NCBI GenBank assembly: GCA_964035545.1
Contig: OZ037771.1
Coordinates: 6,915,190-6,979,189 of the forward strand
DNA from: Bugula neritina
Taxonomy: Eukaryota; Animalia; Bryozoa
Length of the DNA stretch: 64,000 nt
Direction: 5' to 3'
In this document: piece after piece, positions 1-14,100 of the stretch
Position numbering within the stretch: the stretch's first letter is position 1
How the letters are laid out: each line of letters starts with the position of its first letter
The notes under the pieces: model-generated
Databases searched by the model: none
What the model saw: only the letters and a program-made list of their open reading frames with translations
Told to the model about the DNA's origin: nothing
Translations under genes and position numbers: made by a program

Positions 1-392
1 TACTAATGTATTTCTATATTTTTATGTTATATATATTATATCCAAGTCAAACGTTTCTATTTAAAGAATTTGCTGCTAAATTTGCTTCCTTTTTAGTTGT
101 CTTTGTTTCACAGTCATATATGGTATACTCACATAGTCTGTAACACTGCTTCTCGTGAGATGTGTATTTTATTTATTTCAGTCTCTGCAGTTGCTGTGTG
201 CCGTTTAATTGGAAATTTTACAGTATGGTATAATTACATAGTACAATATTATAATATAATAGTATAATATAATGTAGTATGATATAATATAACATAAGAG
301 ATTAGAATATTGTGATGTATTAGTCGTATAGAATGTAAATCAACATGTATTGTATAAGTTAATCACCTGATACAGACTGTTTATTTATACAG

Positions 393-3300
393 AATCTTCA
401 ATTCAGAGAGTCAACAGTGAGCCGAGGTTGAATAAAGAGAATAACTTGCCGTCAACAGTTAAAACTGGCAGATTCAACACCAGAGGAGGCCAGACATCTG
501 CCAGCTCCTTGGCTGTCCCCGCATCCATGGCCAACGCGAGAACCAGTAAGTCTAACACTGTCTACTTGTGTTCCCTTGTGTCACAGTTTAGAAGTTGTCT
601 TTCTCAAGTTGAAACATCCTTGTTTATTCGCAGCTCATCTTGTTTCATTTATTCTCACTTATTCATTTATTGCTTCTTTGTTTATTCTTTGCTCAAAAAC
701 TTAATCGGTCTTTGCTAGAGTCTGAAGGTCATCTCAATGTCACTTTATCACATCTGCCCAACCGGTCCGCTGACCTAAAGGCATCACGAGGTGCTGCCAT
801 GCGCACACAACCTCTCATGCAGATCAGAAACAGGGAACATTATGATGAAGGGGCAGATTACTCCGATTATTACGAGGTGAAAAGAATGCCAGGTGAGTAT
901 TACGTATTCATACATGTATTGAGCTCTTCTTAGCTATTTTTCATATACTTGTATTGTTATGCTTTATCACACTGGCTGCAGTGTTGGTTGTTATGTTTGT
1001 ACAATAATCTTATTTTTTTGATTGATTGAATAACTTTCTATTTACTGCATATATTCGTATACTATTGGAAGATAATAGAATGTTATATCTCATCTGCAGT
1101 TATGTTTTATCTGTGTTATATAATTTGATTTTATATATTTAGATGTAAACCAATGTGTTACTCCCATTGATAAAATGTGTTACTATTTGAATGTTTAGGA
1201 GAGCAACCTACAGCAACTAACACTTCAAATCAAAATACTTCCAACCAATCAAATACTGCCTTACAGAACCATTCGCACAACAATTTGCTCAACCAATCAA
1301 ACTTCAGTCATTTGAACGGCTCAACTCAGTCAAATGACTCATCACCTCAAATGCAATCGTCTGCTAGTCACTCTGCGCCAGGTTAGACTTTGGAGTTGTC
1401 TTATATTATTATATCGTAATATTATAGACCATGTTATATTAGTAAAGGGAATTGAATACTTTCTGGTTGATAGACTATCTACACTTGATTGTCTAGCATT
1501 GCTTATCAAATCAGCTCAGTTCATAATATGTTGATTGTAACTGAACTTCCTATGTTGATATGCTTTTGCAACTATTTTGTTTTTATCAGATTTATTTGGG
1601 TAAAAGTTACTATAAATAGACTGTGATTGTTGTTGAATGCGTTAGAAGTGGTATTAACTCTTCAATGTTATTGCTAATTGTTAAAATCTGCTACACATTA
1701 TAGAATTGATGTATTTTAATCTTTGTTGTCAATGATTCATAGTTTCTTATCTGTACATCTGCTTTCATTTAACTTTCTACTTTTATACACCCTTAGCCTA
1801 CTAATCTTCTAGTACTTCTTTCTCTACACTATTATTAGTAGCAATGAAACATCTAAATATCTGTATTTGATAGTAAAGAGAATTAGCATGGTTTTGGGTG
1901 ACTTTACTGTCATCTGATGGTGATTATATGTTTCAATAGAGTTGTGAAATTGCTCCTTTTTATCTTAAAACCAAAATTAAAAGCTGGTCTTTATATTTCA
2001 CGTCATTTTATTTTTTATTCTACATGACTCAACTCAATGGAGTGAAGACTTGTGTGGTATTATCTGATTGGTTAATATTAGCCAACTGTTGTATATCAAT
2101 GATAATATAAACCAAATCTCAGTCTACTGATTTAGGTAAATTAGCTATGTTAGCGAATCCAACTTTCCTATTGCTATCATATTGAACAAGTGCTGAGTGT
2201 AGCAACATGTGTTCTCAATAGAGAAACCTGGTGAAGAAGATTACGATGTTCCAGTGTCAGAAGTCCGAGAAATCTATGAATTTACAACCCCAATTATTCC
2301 AACCAATTACATTGATGCTTACAATTTCCAATCTACTCTACTATCTAATGAAAATAAGCCTTTGGATCCTAACTGCATGTATAAATTAAAGGAGGTTTTG
2401 TTTCAGGTAATGATTTGATTTACTCTTTCTTTGTGTTTTCTTTTCGTCTCCAGATTATTCTAAATATATAAAAATACTATGATGTGTGATTCTGTGCATA
2501 AAGTGTTTCTTGGAAAGTTTCATTGATTCAAAGAGTAAATTTCCTTCTACCATCTTTGGTGTAAAATATCGTCTGCAACCCGGCACTTGCAGCTGAAGTT
2601 GGTGAAGTATGGTATTTTGTGTTCAATATGGCGGTTGGACACCGAAGTGTTTATGTAAAATTTTTTATAGATATTTTTGCCGATTGTTCTTTAGGGCAAT
2701 CATATGCAAATTTCACAACACATCACCTACCTTGACCTTCACCTCTTCAAGGTCATTGAGACTAAAAATCTTGGAGCCGGAATATTCAGTGGAATAGAGG
2801 CATTGACCTTACCTCAAGGTCGACATTTTAGACAAGCTGCTATTGAGAGGTGAGCCTTGTTAGTCTGTAACTGCTGCAGTCTTTCTGAAACAGGTTCTCA
2901 ATAGCTTTACTGCTATGCATTTGTTTCTGGTTGTCATCCACTGTATTGACTTCTTTATATACCATGTCATGAGACTATACTTGCTTATACTTCTCCGTTA
3001 TGATATTTTTTTGATTTCTTACAAAAATGTTTTAATAACCACTTCAATATACACAGCTGAATCAAATTTGCACTTATTACAGTGCTTTGCATCTAAATTG
3101 TGTGTATCTGGCAAAGCATTACCTCGGAAATTTCACATTATTGCCATTTTTGAATTTTTACATTTACCATAAATTATATTTATTCAGAGTCATTTTTTAA
3201 TCCCACTTTTCATGCTAGGTCAAAAACTACATAATCATTATATTAAATACTGCAAGAAGATATGAACTATTTACCAAATAGATAAACGTGTTACTTATTT

Positions 3301-5334
3301 GTACACAATGTAAGTAACAAAATAAATCCACACGTTATTTTGTTGTGGATGCTTTGGCTTTTGAAATCTGTTGCTTTTAGAGTTATGGGCACATGTCAAA
3401 CTATTGTGCACAATATACCATTATAATGTGTATTAGCTGGGTATCAGCAAGCTGTTCCTGGCTTATAATACTGCATTACTTTTTTTCAGATCAGCTAAGA
3501 AATAAACACGAGAAATTATAACATTTAACCTAAAATAGGCTGTTGTGTTACCTCATTTTTCTCGTGGTCATCAGCATTCCTTTTTCACTTTCTTCTCTCT
3601 GACTGAGCATGTGCGCACTGCATGTCCTGTAGTTCACCTTCACTCATGGAATGTTTTGCTATTGGTAGGCATTGCTCTCTCTCCTTCCTTGTTTCTGTCA
3701 CCATACTAGCCTGCACCGATGACCTCATGGAAAGGTCGCAGATGGTCAAGCAGTGGATATTGATAGCTAAAGACTTGCTCAGGATTCATGGCAATCTTCT
3801 TAGCTTTGCCGCTATTATGCATGGCCTGGTTGTTCATCCAGTAAGTTTGTCGATAATATAGGCTCATTGCTAGTCAGACAGGCTGCAGACGTATTAGTCA
3901 GACATGTTGCAGACGTATTAGTCAGGTATGCTGCGGGCGTATTAGTCAGACATGTTGCAGACGTATTAGTCAGCCATGTTGCAGGCGTATTAGTCAGACA
4001 TGTTGCAGACGTATTAGTCAGCCATGTTGCAGGTCTATTGTTTTATCAAATAAGATCATGTAAGCTCTTGCTGAACAACCTAGTACTGAGTAGAATGTGT
4101 ATCTGATAGATTCAAAGACTGAAGATGACATGGAATATTCTAGAACGCAGTGAGCCAGTTCTACTCAATCATTGGAGGACTCAGTTGAGACCCGCCTACA
4201 AGGTAGTATTTAATATCATAATTATACTACAAAGTTTCATGTATCATATAAAATACACACTGCATAATTCCATACATATGTGGTGAAACACTTATTGGAA
4301 AGGAAAATTAATAATATTTAGCTTCTATGGGTCATTTTCCTTATTAAAATATTAATTATTCACCTGTTAACAAGTTGCCCATCCTGGAATACCAAAGTAC
4401 TCCACAAACACTGTAGTTGTCTGCTCTCTATATTCTTCAGGGTCTCACAGACTCTACTAACTCACTGTCATCAGACAACATCTGCATTCCTTACATAACA
4501 CCCATCTGTGAGCTGATGGAGGTCAGCTTTCTTCCTCCACAGGCGATGGAGCATGACCACCTCGTACAGTCCTTGGCGCAGATGGATTCAGCCAGGTATG
4601 AAACACATCTGTGTGAATGGGTGCTGTTTGTGTGGGATATTTTTGTCCTAGGGGTTGTGAAATAGGTTTTAGAATTCCACTTCAGTTTTAGTTGTTATGC
4701 TATAACAGTGGATAAATTTAATTTTGAAGGATTGTCCTAGCTTACTAGTAACTAGTGAGTAGATGGAGAACTACTTTGGAGTCATGTGTTAAGCTGTATT
4801 GATAGAGCCGAGTTCTGCTTATATTTTGTCACAGAAAACTGATGTTTTGCTGAGTTATAATTTATCCGCAGTTTATGAATCCACAGATACAGTAACTGAA
4901 TTTTATTGGCTAGAGAAGCAAAAAAAAGAAAAGTGGGGTCTCTGCTTTGTTGTGTCACACTGCATTTATTCCATCAATGAATTTATTGATCAGACAAGAG
5001 TTCTCTCTCCTCACTTTTCTTACTCTTTCTTCTACACAATATTCACCTTTACTGAATGTACCATGATACCTGGGGTTTATTATTTATTTTGTGAATGTAT
5101 AGGCTGATGGCTGGGCAAACAGCTTCTTATAGTCAAAGAGGAAACAAGATGTTAAGGTTCTTTCGCCCCAAAGCTGAGATTGTCGATTTGTGTAAAGTTG
5201 AACTTCACATGCGCCTGTTATTTGGACACCAAGGAGCTCGAGCTAAACATTCTGAACGCCGTGTAAAGTTTCAGCAAATTCTAAAAATCCTTTCGGAAAG
5301 GGCAGAGAATAACGACCTGGGCACAGAGTTCTAG
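393..5334 (+). CDS. BCAR3: BCAR3/SH2D3 (NSP family) adaptor, 3' part with Cdc25/RasGEF-like domain; 5' exons lie upstream of the window
   Basis: GT-AG exons 393-545, 719-892, 1199-1381, 2222-2406, 2695-2849, 3669-3840, 4110-4202, 4441-4595, 5103-5334 join in frame. Peptides ENKPLD, SGIEALTLPQGRHFRQAAIERH, GNLLSFAAIMHGL, IQRLKMTW, IPYITPICELME and LHMRLLFGHQGA..ERRVKFQQILKILSERAE match the NSP C-terminal domain. Confidence 0.88.
3871..4033. repeat. 24-bp minisatellite, about 7 copies, in a BCAR3 intron
   Basis: Unit TAGTCAGACATGTTGCAGACGTAT repeated with substitutions. Confidence 0.9.
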
Positions 5335-7185
5335 TAAATGTGTTTCATCTTCAGGTATTTATCCTGGCTCAAACTGTATTGAACTATTTATCATCTTTTT
5401 ATAGTAATTTATATTTATGTACAGGCAGTGTTTATTGATTATTTGCTGCTCTATTTGATAATCTTCTAAAATTGTGATATCAGTTTATCAATCGTGTGTG
5501 TCTGTGATCATATTATATTTAACTTCAGAAGCATATTTATATTTTTTACTCAAATTTTACATAGTCATATAGTTGTTGAACCGCTAGGAATATTAGTATT
5601 CGTATTAGACTTATTAACAACATTAAGGAAACGGCAAGTTGGGCCTGTTTTGATATTTCCAAGTTCAATAAGTTTTTTGGAGCCTGCGCAATAAAAGCTC
5701 ATTTTATCACAGGCATAGTTCCAAAAATTTGTAGCACCGGTTTTTTAATTTTTGATAATTCAAATTTCCGAATTAGGTTTTAGCACATTTGCAGTTTTGC
5801 TGTATAAAATACTCATTGCAATAGTTTCACAAATGTTTTTGGAAAATATTATAAAGGTGGTTGTGCGCTTATTTCTTGTACTTCTTCATTATTTGTATAT
5901 TTTCAGCATTTTTCATTATTTCTACAGTTCTATAAAAGACACTTCCTTATTTTATGCACACTGTATAATACCTATATGAAATATTAATCAATGTAAAGAG
6001 TATTAAACTGGAATACTTCAGGAAGTTTGTAAAAGAAGTCTGTTGAGTGTGAATTACCCTCTTGCTAATAGTTATTTATAGGTCAATAAATGCTGGTGAT
6101 TTTGCTTTAAAAATATGCATACGTTTGATGTTCTTCCAGTGAGAGGCAAATTGTGGTGATGCTTGAAACATTACTTATATCTAGCATTCATTCTCAGTTA
6201 CTTTTTGACTGATAGCAATATCTTTTCCAATTTCTTGAAAATCTTTAAAATCTCAATGAAAAAAGAAGAGGTGTCTCAGTTTGAATTTGTAAATTATAAA
6301 GCTATCTGCTTGAACTCAGACGTGTTTTTTAAAAATAAGATTGAAGCCAATGCTAATCCATGATTAGGAATGTTATAAGTGTAAAGAGAAGCAAGATATA
6401 ATGATCTCTCCAATACTGAGACACGAAGCTATGCTTAAGAACAACTAACTAATATCCATGAGGAATCGTTGGTCAGTACAAAATATTTTAATGTCATAAT
6501 GTTCATGTGAATGGGCATCATCTTAAGACAAGATTTCCCACATCCTCTATGTTAAATATTAAAAAAATATTGATTTGGATGAGGGGTCAAAACTTACTTT
6601 ATGCCCTAAAACATGAAATTAGTTAAAACCCATCTACTATTTCGACCATGATAGTAGTCATCCCCCATTGTTATTTAATTATTACACGGCAACCTATGCA
6701 GATGACAACCTATGCAGACGGTTCCGTAATGCCTGCACAGCTTACCTTGGTCCCACTAACAACATGAGTTCCTATGCTCTAATTTCGGTAGTGAGAAGCA
6801 TTGTTATACTAATTGATATTGTTTAATAATCAACTTTGAATAAAGTAAAACAATATAATAAATGATTCATAAAAATATTGTGATAATTCCACACAAAAAT
6901 TTATCTCTTTTTGGCAAAATGACATAAAATAGTGTATGATTGCTAACATGTGTAAGTTTATAAAAAATAGAACACACAATAAATTAATGGAGTCGTTATG
7001 AAAATGAGATGAAGAAACCTAAGGACTTGAGATTATTTTATGCCCTATTTAAAGACAGAGTTGGCGTAAGTATTCAAATTAGTACAAGTTAATGCTGCTG
7101 CTATGTTTACATTGATTGACACTCTATACGTATGAAAACTAAGCGTAACTGCCAAGTAATATATATAATTTCAGAAATACCGGGA

Positions 7186-8462
7186 TTAGAATTTGAATAA
7201 ACTATAAATTTTATCCCTGAGAGCCTTGTTGTGGACAGATAAATAGGTCATGAGCTTTGATCTAGGTCCATCAACAGTCTGAACATCGAGTAGAGCCGCA
7301 ACTCGCTGCACTTTTTCTACTGCACTTTGTAGATCATCGGAGCATGTGGAAACAACTTCTATTTCACCAACATCTATAGTGTTACAGTAGTTATTTTAGA
7401 TAACATATTGTGCAGCTTGGCTTTAATACTAATTATTATTAATAATAGTTCATTGCATCAGTTCACAAGTTCACAACAACATCTAAAATTATATAAAACA
7501 CACAAATAGGCTTGCAGCACTCTTACTTACTGTAACCAAAGTCTGTTCTATCTAAATCTATAACCACTTGGCCTGCTTCATACTCTAGCCTGTGAGTAGT
7601 GAGTTCAGCATATGGAACCAGCTGCTCTAAGTCTACAATACGAATCTATTACACACATGATAAATGGTCAACTAAACACTACTTGAGTATAATAAAACTT
7701 AGCTACTACTCCAGCTGATAGGTTTTAAGCAGATGAATGAAACTTGACCACTATAAAATGGCAGCATTGTCCACTACTACAGCAATAGAGAACATACAAA
7801 CCATAACTGTGTTCTGTAGAACGCTCCGTGTCGTTGAACCCGGATATCACATGGTAAACACGCTGTTTTATTAACATCTCATCACCAGTCTCCTTATATT
7901 GACGAACATCACACTTGACCCTGTCTGGTGCTGCATATTTCAGTTGATACTTTCCATTTCTTCTCCTTAACCAAGTATCTACATCAAATACAATAAACCA
8001 TGGTTAGTATGTTAATATGTTTTCCAATGAAATCTATTAAATGAATAACTACAATTTCAGTATACTATACTAGGGCTACTCCAATTGACTGCGGGCTAAA
8101 ATCTATTAGAAATTTGCTAAATACTGCTATACTTGAAAACTAAAATATACTTAATCAATTTTGAGTTGCAAGATTCCACATTAAACATACATAACTTTTA
8201 AATTGTCCTAAATATACTTACTGACACAAATTTATAAAACAATGACTTCATGTCAAGGAATAAAGATAATATACAATACATTTTATAAAATTTTACAAAT
8301 ATATGCAAAACCTGAACAACATAGAACAAAGTCTGTAGTGTCAAGATAGACATCAGTGAAAGTTATGTCTTTGGCGAGAGTAGCATTTATGGAAGCTAAT
8401 CTCTCTTGAATATCAGGAGGAATCTTAAACTTGTATTCAACTTCTACAGGAACCCCATCCAT
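7186..8462 (-). CDS. THTPA: Thiamine triphosphatase (CYTH domain); not in the ORF track
   Basis: Exons 8462-8312, 7978-7802, 7632-7531, 7373-7186. Translation MDGVPVEVEYKF..FTDVYLDT..DTWLRRRNGKYQLK..IDLDRTDFGYNVGEIEVV..SKLMTYL has the CYTH ExExK, DxYxDT, WLRRR and GEIE motifs. Confidence 0.9.
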
Positions 8463-9059
8463 TTAACCTACACAAATAGATTATAAACAACTGCAGAATA
8501 AAAATAATCTTCAACTGAAGCTAAAGCCTTCAAGATGGAAACTTGCCCGAATATACTTTTTGCATTAGAAATTTCAACAGGAAATTATCGTTGAGCCGCA
8601 TTTTCTCTCTGTAAATAACCAAACTTAGTTTATACTTATCACTCAAGCTTTGATATAAAACCATGAGCAGTTACAACAGTTATTTTATACAACAGGAGGT
8701 GATATCAGTTGTCGGTGTCGTTTTCTAACCTAAACCTAACTTGATTATACATTCAATGTGAATTGTGATGACATATTCAAAGACTTGATTTTGTATGATT
8801 TAGTACCAATAATAATTATAATATTAATACTAATAAGTAATAAGTAATAGTTATAGTAATACTAATACTAATAGTAATACTTTATAGTTTATACTAATAG
8901 TAATACTAATAGTAATAGTAATAGTAATAATGATAACATGTTTTCTAACACCTTTTTACTCAAAGTGGAATGTATTTTTAACCAAGTGAAATAACATTTG
9001 ATTTTAATAATGATATTAAATATAATTAGAGTGAATCACATTGACTTTGAGTTTGACAT

Positions 9060-9800
9060 TACCTTCTTCAAAGTTCAGTTATGGCCTATGGGTCAATACT
9101 AATGTAATGGTCGTTTTATCAATAAAAATATCCCTTGAAGCAGCACCAAATTAATGGTCATTGAGTGCAGTAGTTTGGGGTTATCGATTCAGAGTTTCGA
9201 GTTTGAACAACGAACAAATGCTGTACTCAGTCGCCGTTCATTTTGCCGTTTCTAACGACATTTAAAATAAGCTTGATTATGGCATTGACCTAGAGTGATG
9301 ATGAATTACGGCATATGAAACTCAGTCTAATAAGCAATAACAATTTCGAACCCAAGCAAAAAGTAAGGTCCAAAGTTGCCTCCCTACTCCGTAAATCGCT
9401 CCGTATGGAAAGAAACTCAGACAAAGCATTTCATTTGAGCATTATTGATATATCATGTGACAAAATTAACCAGAAATCACTAATCCAGTCATTCAGTGAT
9501 TCCAGTTACCAGTCGATGCAATAATTATTATAAATTTTGGCTATGCTTTGTAGCCTTAGTACTATAATTTTTCACAAATGCTCCTAGAATTTCGATTTCC
9601 CAATCGGAATCTGGCTAAATCAATTTTAATTTAATAGAAATTAGTAGTCGCCAACGAATATCAATATGAATATAGAATAAATTTAACATGAATATTGAGA
9701 TTTAGTAATTAGAATGACACGCGTACTTAGTTACCAATATGAATACATGCTTATACTTATAGTTATAGCGTAAGGATTCTACTGTGTTCGACTTGACGCG
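9060..9800. promoter_or_regulatory. Probable divergent promoter region THTPA/VAMP7
   Basis: Head-to-head genes; locally more CpG; outward-facing donors near 9061 (- strand, AAG|GTAATG) and 9770 (+ strand, GC|GTAAGG). Inferred. Confidence 0.45.
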
Positions 9801-10164
9801 GAAAATTGAATTATCAACTGACACTGCTGACTGAGTCTGACAGTCATCAGTCATGAGTCACAGTGTGAGTGACACTCACTCACTGACGGTGACAAGTAGT
9901 TGCCGTGTTAGACTGAGACTCACTCTTAAAGTTGATTTTATTGTTATTCAGTTAGACGTTCGTTTTGAGTTTGAACTTTGACTTACAGTTGGGGATTTAC
10001 TGTTTCAGTGTTTGTGTTAGACTTTCACTTAGAGTTAGTGCTAGTCATACTGATACTCATACTCATAGTGATAGTCATAGTGAGTTAGTTACACTAAGTT
10101 TTACTCTTGCAATCACTCTTACTCTTAGTCTTAGTTTTACAGTAGAACTAAGAGTAAGAATTTT

Positions 10165-10246
10165 ACTACTACCAGTACTACTGCTACTACTAATACTACT
10201 ACCACTACTACTACTAGTACTACTAGTACTACCACTACTAATACTA

Positions 10247-10299
<53 letters not shown>

Positions 10300-10337
10300 G
10301 CTACTGCCACCACCACCACCACTACCACTACTACCAG
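10165..10337. repeat. (CTA/CCA)n trinucleotide microsatellite
   Basis: Direct reading; source of the spurious poly-L and poly-V ORFs. Confidence 0.95.
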
Positions 10338-11126
10338 TAGTTGTAACTATTTCTTCCTCTTAGTCTACATCTACTAGTAGTAATACTAATAGTAATAGTA
10401 ATAGTCTCAGTTCAGTAGTGATAGCTTTAATAGCAATCATAATGTAAATGTAGCAGTAATACTCATACTGACTGGTAATTATGGTGAGATGATAAATATC
10501 ACAAGAATTATAATGATACTCAGTATAGTGTGGATATTTTTATTATAATAAATTGACTTGATAATTGTTACTGTAATGTTTTTACTTGTACTGCTATCAA
10601 GCATACTATTAAAATATGACAATCAATTACGATTCTAATACTTATAGCTGGACTATTGCATTTTAGTATGGCATTGGCTATAAATTGCTATTAATATTAG
10701 ACTAGACTCTGTGTTTACTATGATCTGTGGTTATTGTATTACTAACATTAATGCTCACAATGTAAATGTAATAGTTTTCACAACAAATTGAAAATCTAAA
10801 TTATAATAGTACGCTGTAACAACTACTGTAATTTGTTAGTTATAATTAATGCCTATCTAAATAATATGGTATTTATAATATTTTTCCCAACGATGATATG
10901 TTTTGTGAGCTAATTTATTATTATTGGTAGGCGTACGTACTTGTAATTGCAGTTTTTTTCACTCAAATTTAATCTCAGTCAGTATTATCATGAGTTACTA
11001 AGGGCAGCTTTTTGACAATGCAGTGATATTATCTTACCCAAATTTTAATTTTTATCAACATTTTCTAAAATATGTGTTTGACTTTGTTGCAGATATTGCT
11101 CTAGTTGTTAAGTTGGCTCCCAAAAC

Positions 11127-14100
11127 ATGCCGATACTGTTTTCTACTGTTTCTCGTGGAGTCACAATTCTTGCCAAAAATGCTACTTGCACAGGGAATTT
11201 CCTAGAAGTCACTGAACAAGTTTTAGGAAAAATAAAATCTCCCACTGAAAAGCTTACATACGCTCATGGAAAGTATGTGTTCAAACCAACAACTCAAGTT
11301 TTCATTATTTTAATTTTATTATAACAATCTCTTTTTATTTTACAGTGATTCTTAGCTTTATTATATTTACTTTCTTCTAAACTGAATTTTATATTTTTTC
11401 AACTTTGGAAATTGATTGGCACATGAAGGTGATAGTATGTCGTGGCCATTTTCTGTATCTTCAAATACTATTATTAAATGTAAGGTCGTAACTCTTAACT
11501 AAGATTTACAATTTTACCACACTTTTTAATGAGTTGAAAAAGTTGATCTTTCCAATTAATTTTTGATGGTAAACATATTTTGTGTTTTTAAAAGTAGATT
11601 TCTCACGTAAAATCTCCATCTATTTTCTATTTTTAAAGTAATTGATTTGTTGTATATTTTTTTTGTAGATATTTGTTTCACTATGTTAGTGAAGACGGAA
11701 TTGTCTTTCTCTGTATCACAGATGATGTAAGTGTATAAAAATTAGACATATACTGTATATGCTATAAATAGAACAAATTGCAGCTCTACCTTAATGAACC
11801 AGGGCGGTCCTGGCATGTGTCAGCGTGTCTCTGTATCTGTTTGTGTGTATGTGCTGTTAACCGTTGTGTGTGCATTCACGCTCACTGAGTGACCTTTCAG
11901 GGTGATTTGTATTCACACAGCTCTCTAAAAGGAATAGGTTTAGAGTTAATAGTTTATAGCATAATGCCAATGCAACATGTGTAATTCACACGAACACACT
12001 GTGGCGTGATATGCTGAGGTGTACATCAGTAGCTGGTTGCAGTCATGATGAAAGTCCTCAGTTGTTTGGGATCAGTGGTCAACTAGACCAAATTCAGAAA
12101 TCACTTAGACTGTTTCTTATTTGCTTAAATGCATATATACTGAATTATATTGTGGTAATACTAAATTTTCATCAATTTATCTAAAGTGCATTAATTGCAT
12201 TCGCGTCTTTGTTGCACATTTTTGTGTTTAGTTCAGTTAATTTAAATATTTATTATACATGATGTAGTCTACATTTGAACCAGTGTAATCTTTCTTGTTT
12301 TTTTACAGGACTTTGAAAGGTCTAAAGCATTTGCATTTCTTGCAGAAATAAAGCGCAGGTAACATCTCATAAGCATCATATGTTCACCTTTTCAGCTGAA
12401 TACTTCATTGCTGAATGAAGTTTTTGCAAAACTGTGATTTCAGTTTTCATAGCCACTGCATATACAAGAAACTGTTATGACATTTCAACTAATGATAAAG
12501 TTCAAAATCACTTTTTGCTAACTTATGCCATGATATTGTTTTTATATTCAGTAAGTTTCTATCTTCTACACAATAGAGTAGAAAGCAAGTGAATTGATTG
12601 TTTATAATTAAGTTATGTGATAATATCATATTATGATCGGTCATGGTTTGACTGGGTTTTCCAATAGCAATTTTCCTTGTTTGAAATTGTATTTACCTGC
12701 TTCTGTACCAGCGAGGGCTATGATTTTACCTGCTAGTTGAACTGGTGTATACATATTCAGTACCAGTATAATCTGTAAATTGTTTTACTGAAGTATTTAA
12801 CAAGATGTTGCTGTATCATGTATTTAATGCAACTGGATTCATTTCTTTCAGGTTCCAGGTACAATATGGTACCCGATCTCAGTCGGCCTTGCCTTATGCT
12901 ATGAACACTGAGTTCTCTAGGATTCTAGCTACGCAGATGGTAGGTAACATATTACACAAATCTGTTAGAACTCATTGTATATAGAGGTCATGATATGTGA
13001 ATAATTAGACCATGTTGTGTATCAGACTGTACTCTCAACAGTTCTAGTTACTAGTCTGAAGACTGGTTCCTCAGACTGGTTTCATGAGTTGATTGTCTCT
13101 TTTATGAGATTTCATAGTATTCTCTGCTATATATAAGATTGGTTCTGTGTGATAGATGATAATAACTAAAGATGTTACTCGGTTTATTACTAACTCTACT
13201 GCGACAATTGCTAGGCATACGGTTTATTGTCCAATCAGGAAGTGTTTTGCTCATTGCCCTGGCACTATTGCGCTGTGACTTGCTTATGACATTCTGTTTG
13301 AGACTTTGTTTCAAAACAAATTTGATGATTTTCCTGGTCAAAGTGTTTCTATAGCATATATAATGTTATCTAAATACAAATCTTTGATAAATACATTGCT
13401 GCAATAGATCAATTTCCCAGGTTTGCATTCCGTTATTAAAAAAGTTGCCATTATTTTAGCATGGTTTGTAACTTATATTAATTATGTTGTCAAAGCCACT
13501 TCTGTTAGTTATTGTCTAATCTATTCTCACACTAATCTCTTCCAGGCCTACCATAGTCGAGATAGAGATCATATTTCAGAGGTTGAGGGTAACCTCGAAG
13601 AACTCAAGGGAATAATGGTTAAAAATATTGGTAAGTTAAAATCTACATAACTACACAGTATTATGTAGATATAATACTGTGTAGTAGCATAGATATAATA
13701 CTGTATAGTAGTATAGATATAATACTGTATAGTAGCATAGATATAATACTGTATAGTAGCATAGATATAATACTGTATAGTAGTATAGATATAATACTGT
13801 ATAGTGGTATAGATATAATACTGTATAGTGGTATAGATATAATACTGTATAGTAGTATAAATATAATACTGTACAGTAGTGTAGATATAATGCTGTATAG
13901 TAGTATAGATATAATACTGTATAGTAGTATAGATATAATACTGTATAGTAGTATAGATATAATACTGTATAGTGGTATAGATATTAAGTTTATTACTATA
14001 TTTTGTTGATACTTTTAGCAAGTGTGGCAGACCGGGGTGAGAAATTGGAACTGTTGATTGATAAAACAGAGGATTTGAGTTCAAATGTGAGTTTATTTAT

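Noticed and set aside
3867-4106. 79-aa repetitive ORF and repeated TTGCAG acceptors in the BCAR3 intron
   Set aside because: Product of the 24-bp repeat; not in the BCAR3 frame, and use of these acceptors meets an early stop.
9965-10363. 132-aa Leu-rich ORF and antisense poly-Val ORF
   Set aside because: Artefacts of the (CTA)n and hexamer-periodic tract.
11080-11130. General SL trans-splicing, since most start codons sit shortly behind an acceptor
   Set aside because: Plausible upstream cis donors exist for VAMP7, THTPA, Nck, GDE1 copy B and the sulfotransferase; only GDE1 copy A remains open.
13569-14084. 171-aa YYIYTTIQ-repeat ORF
   Set aside because: Antisense translation of the intronic 24-bp minisatellite.
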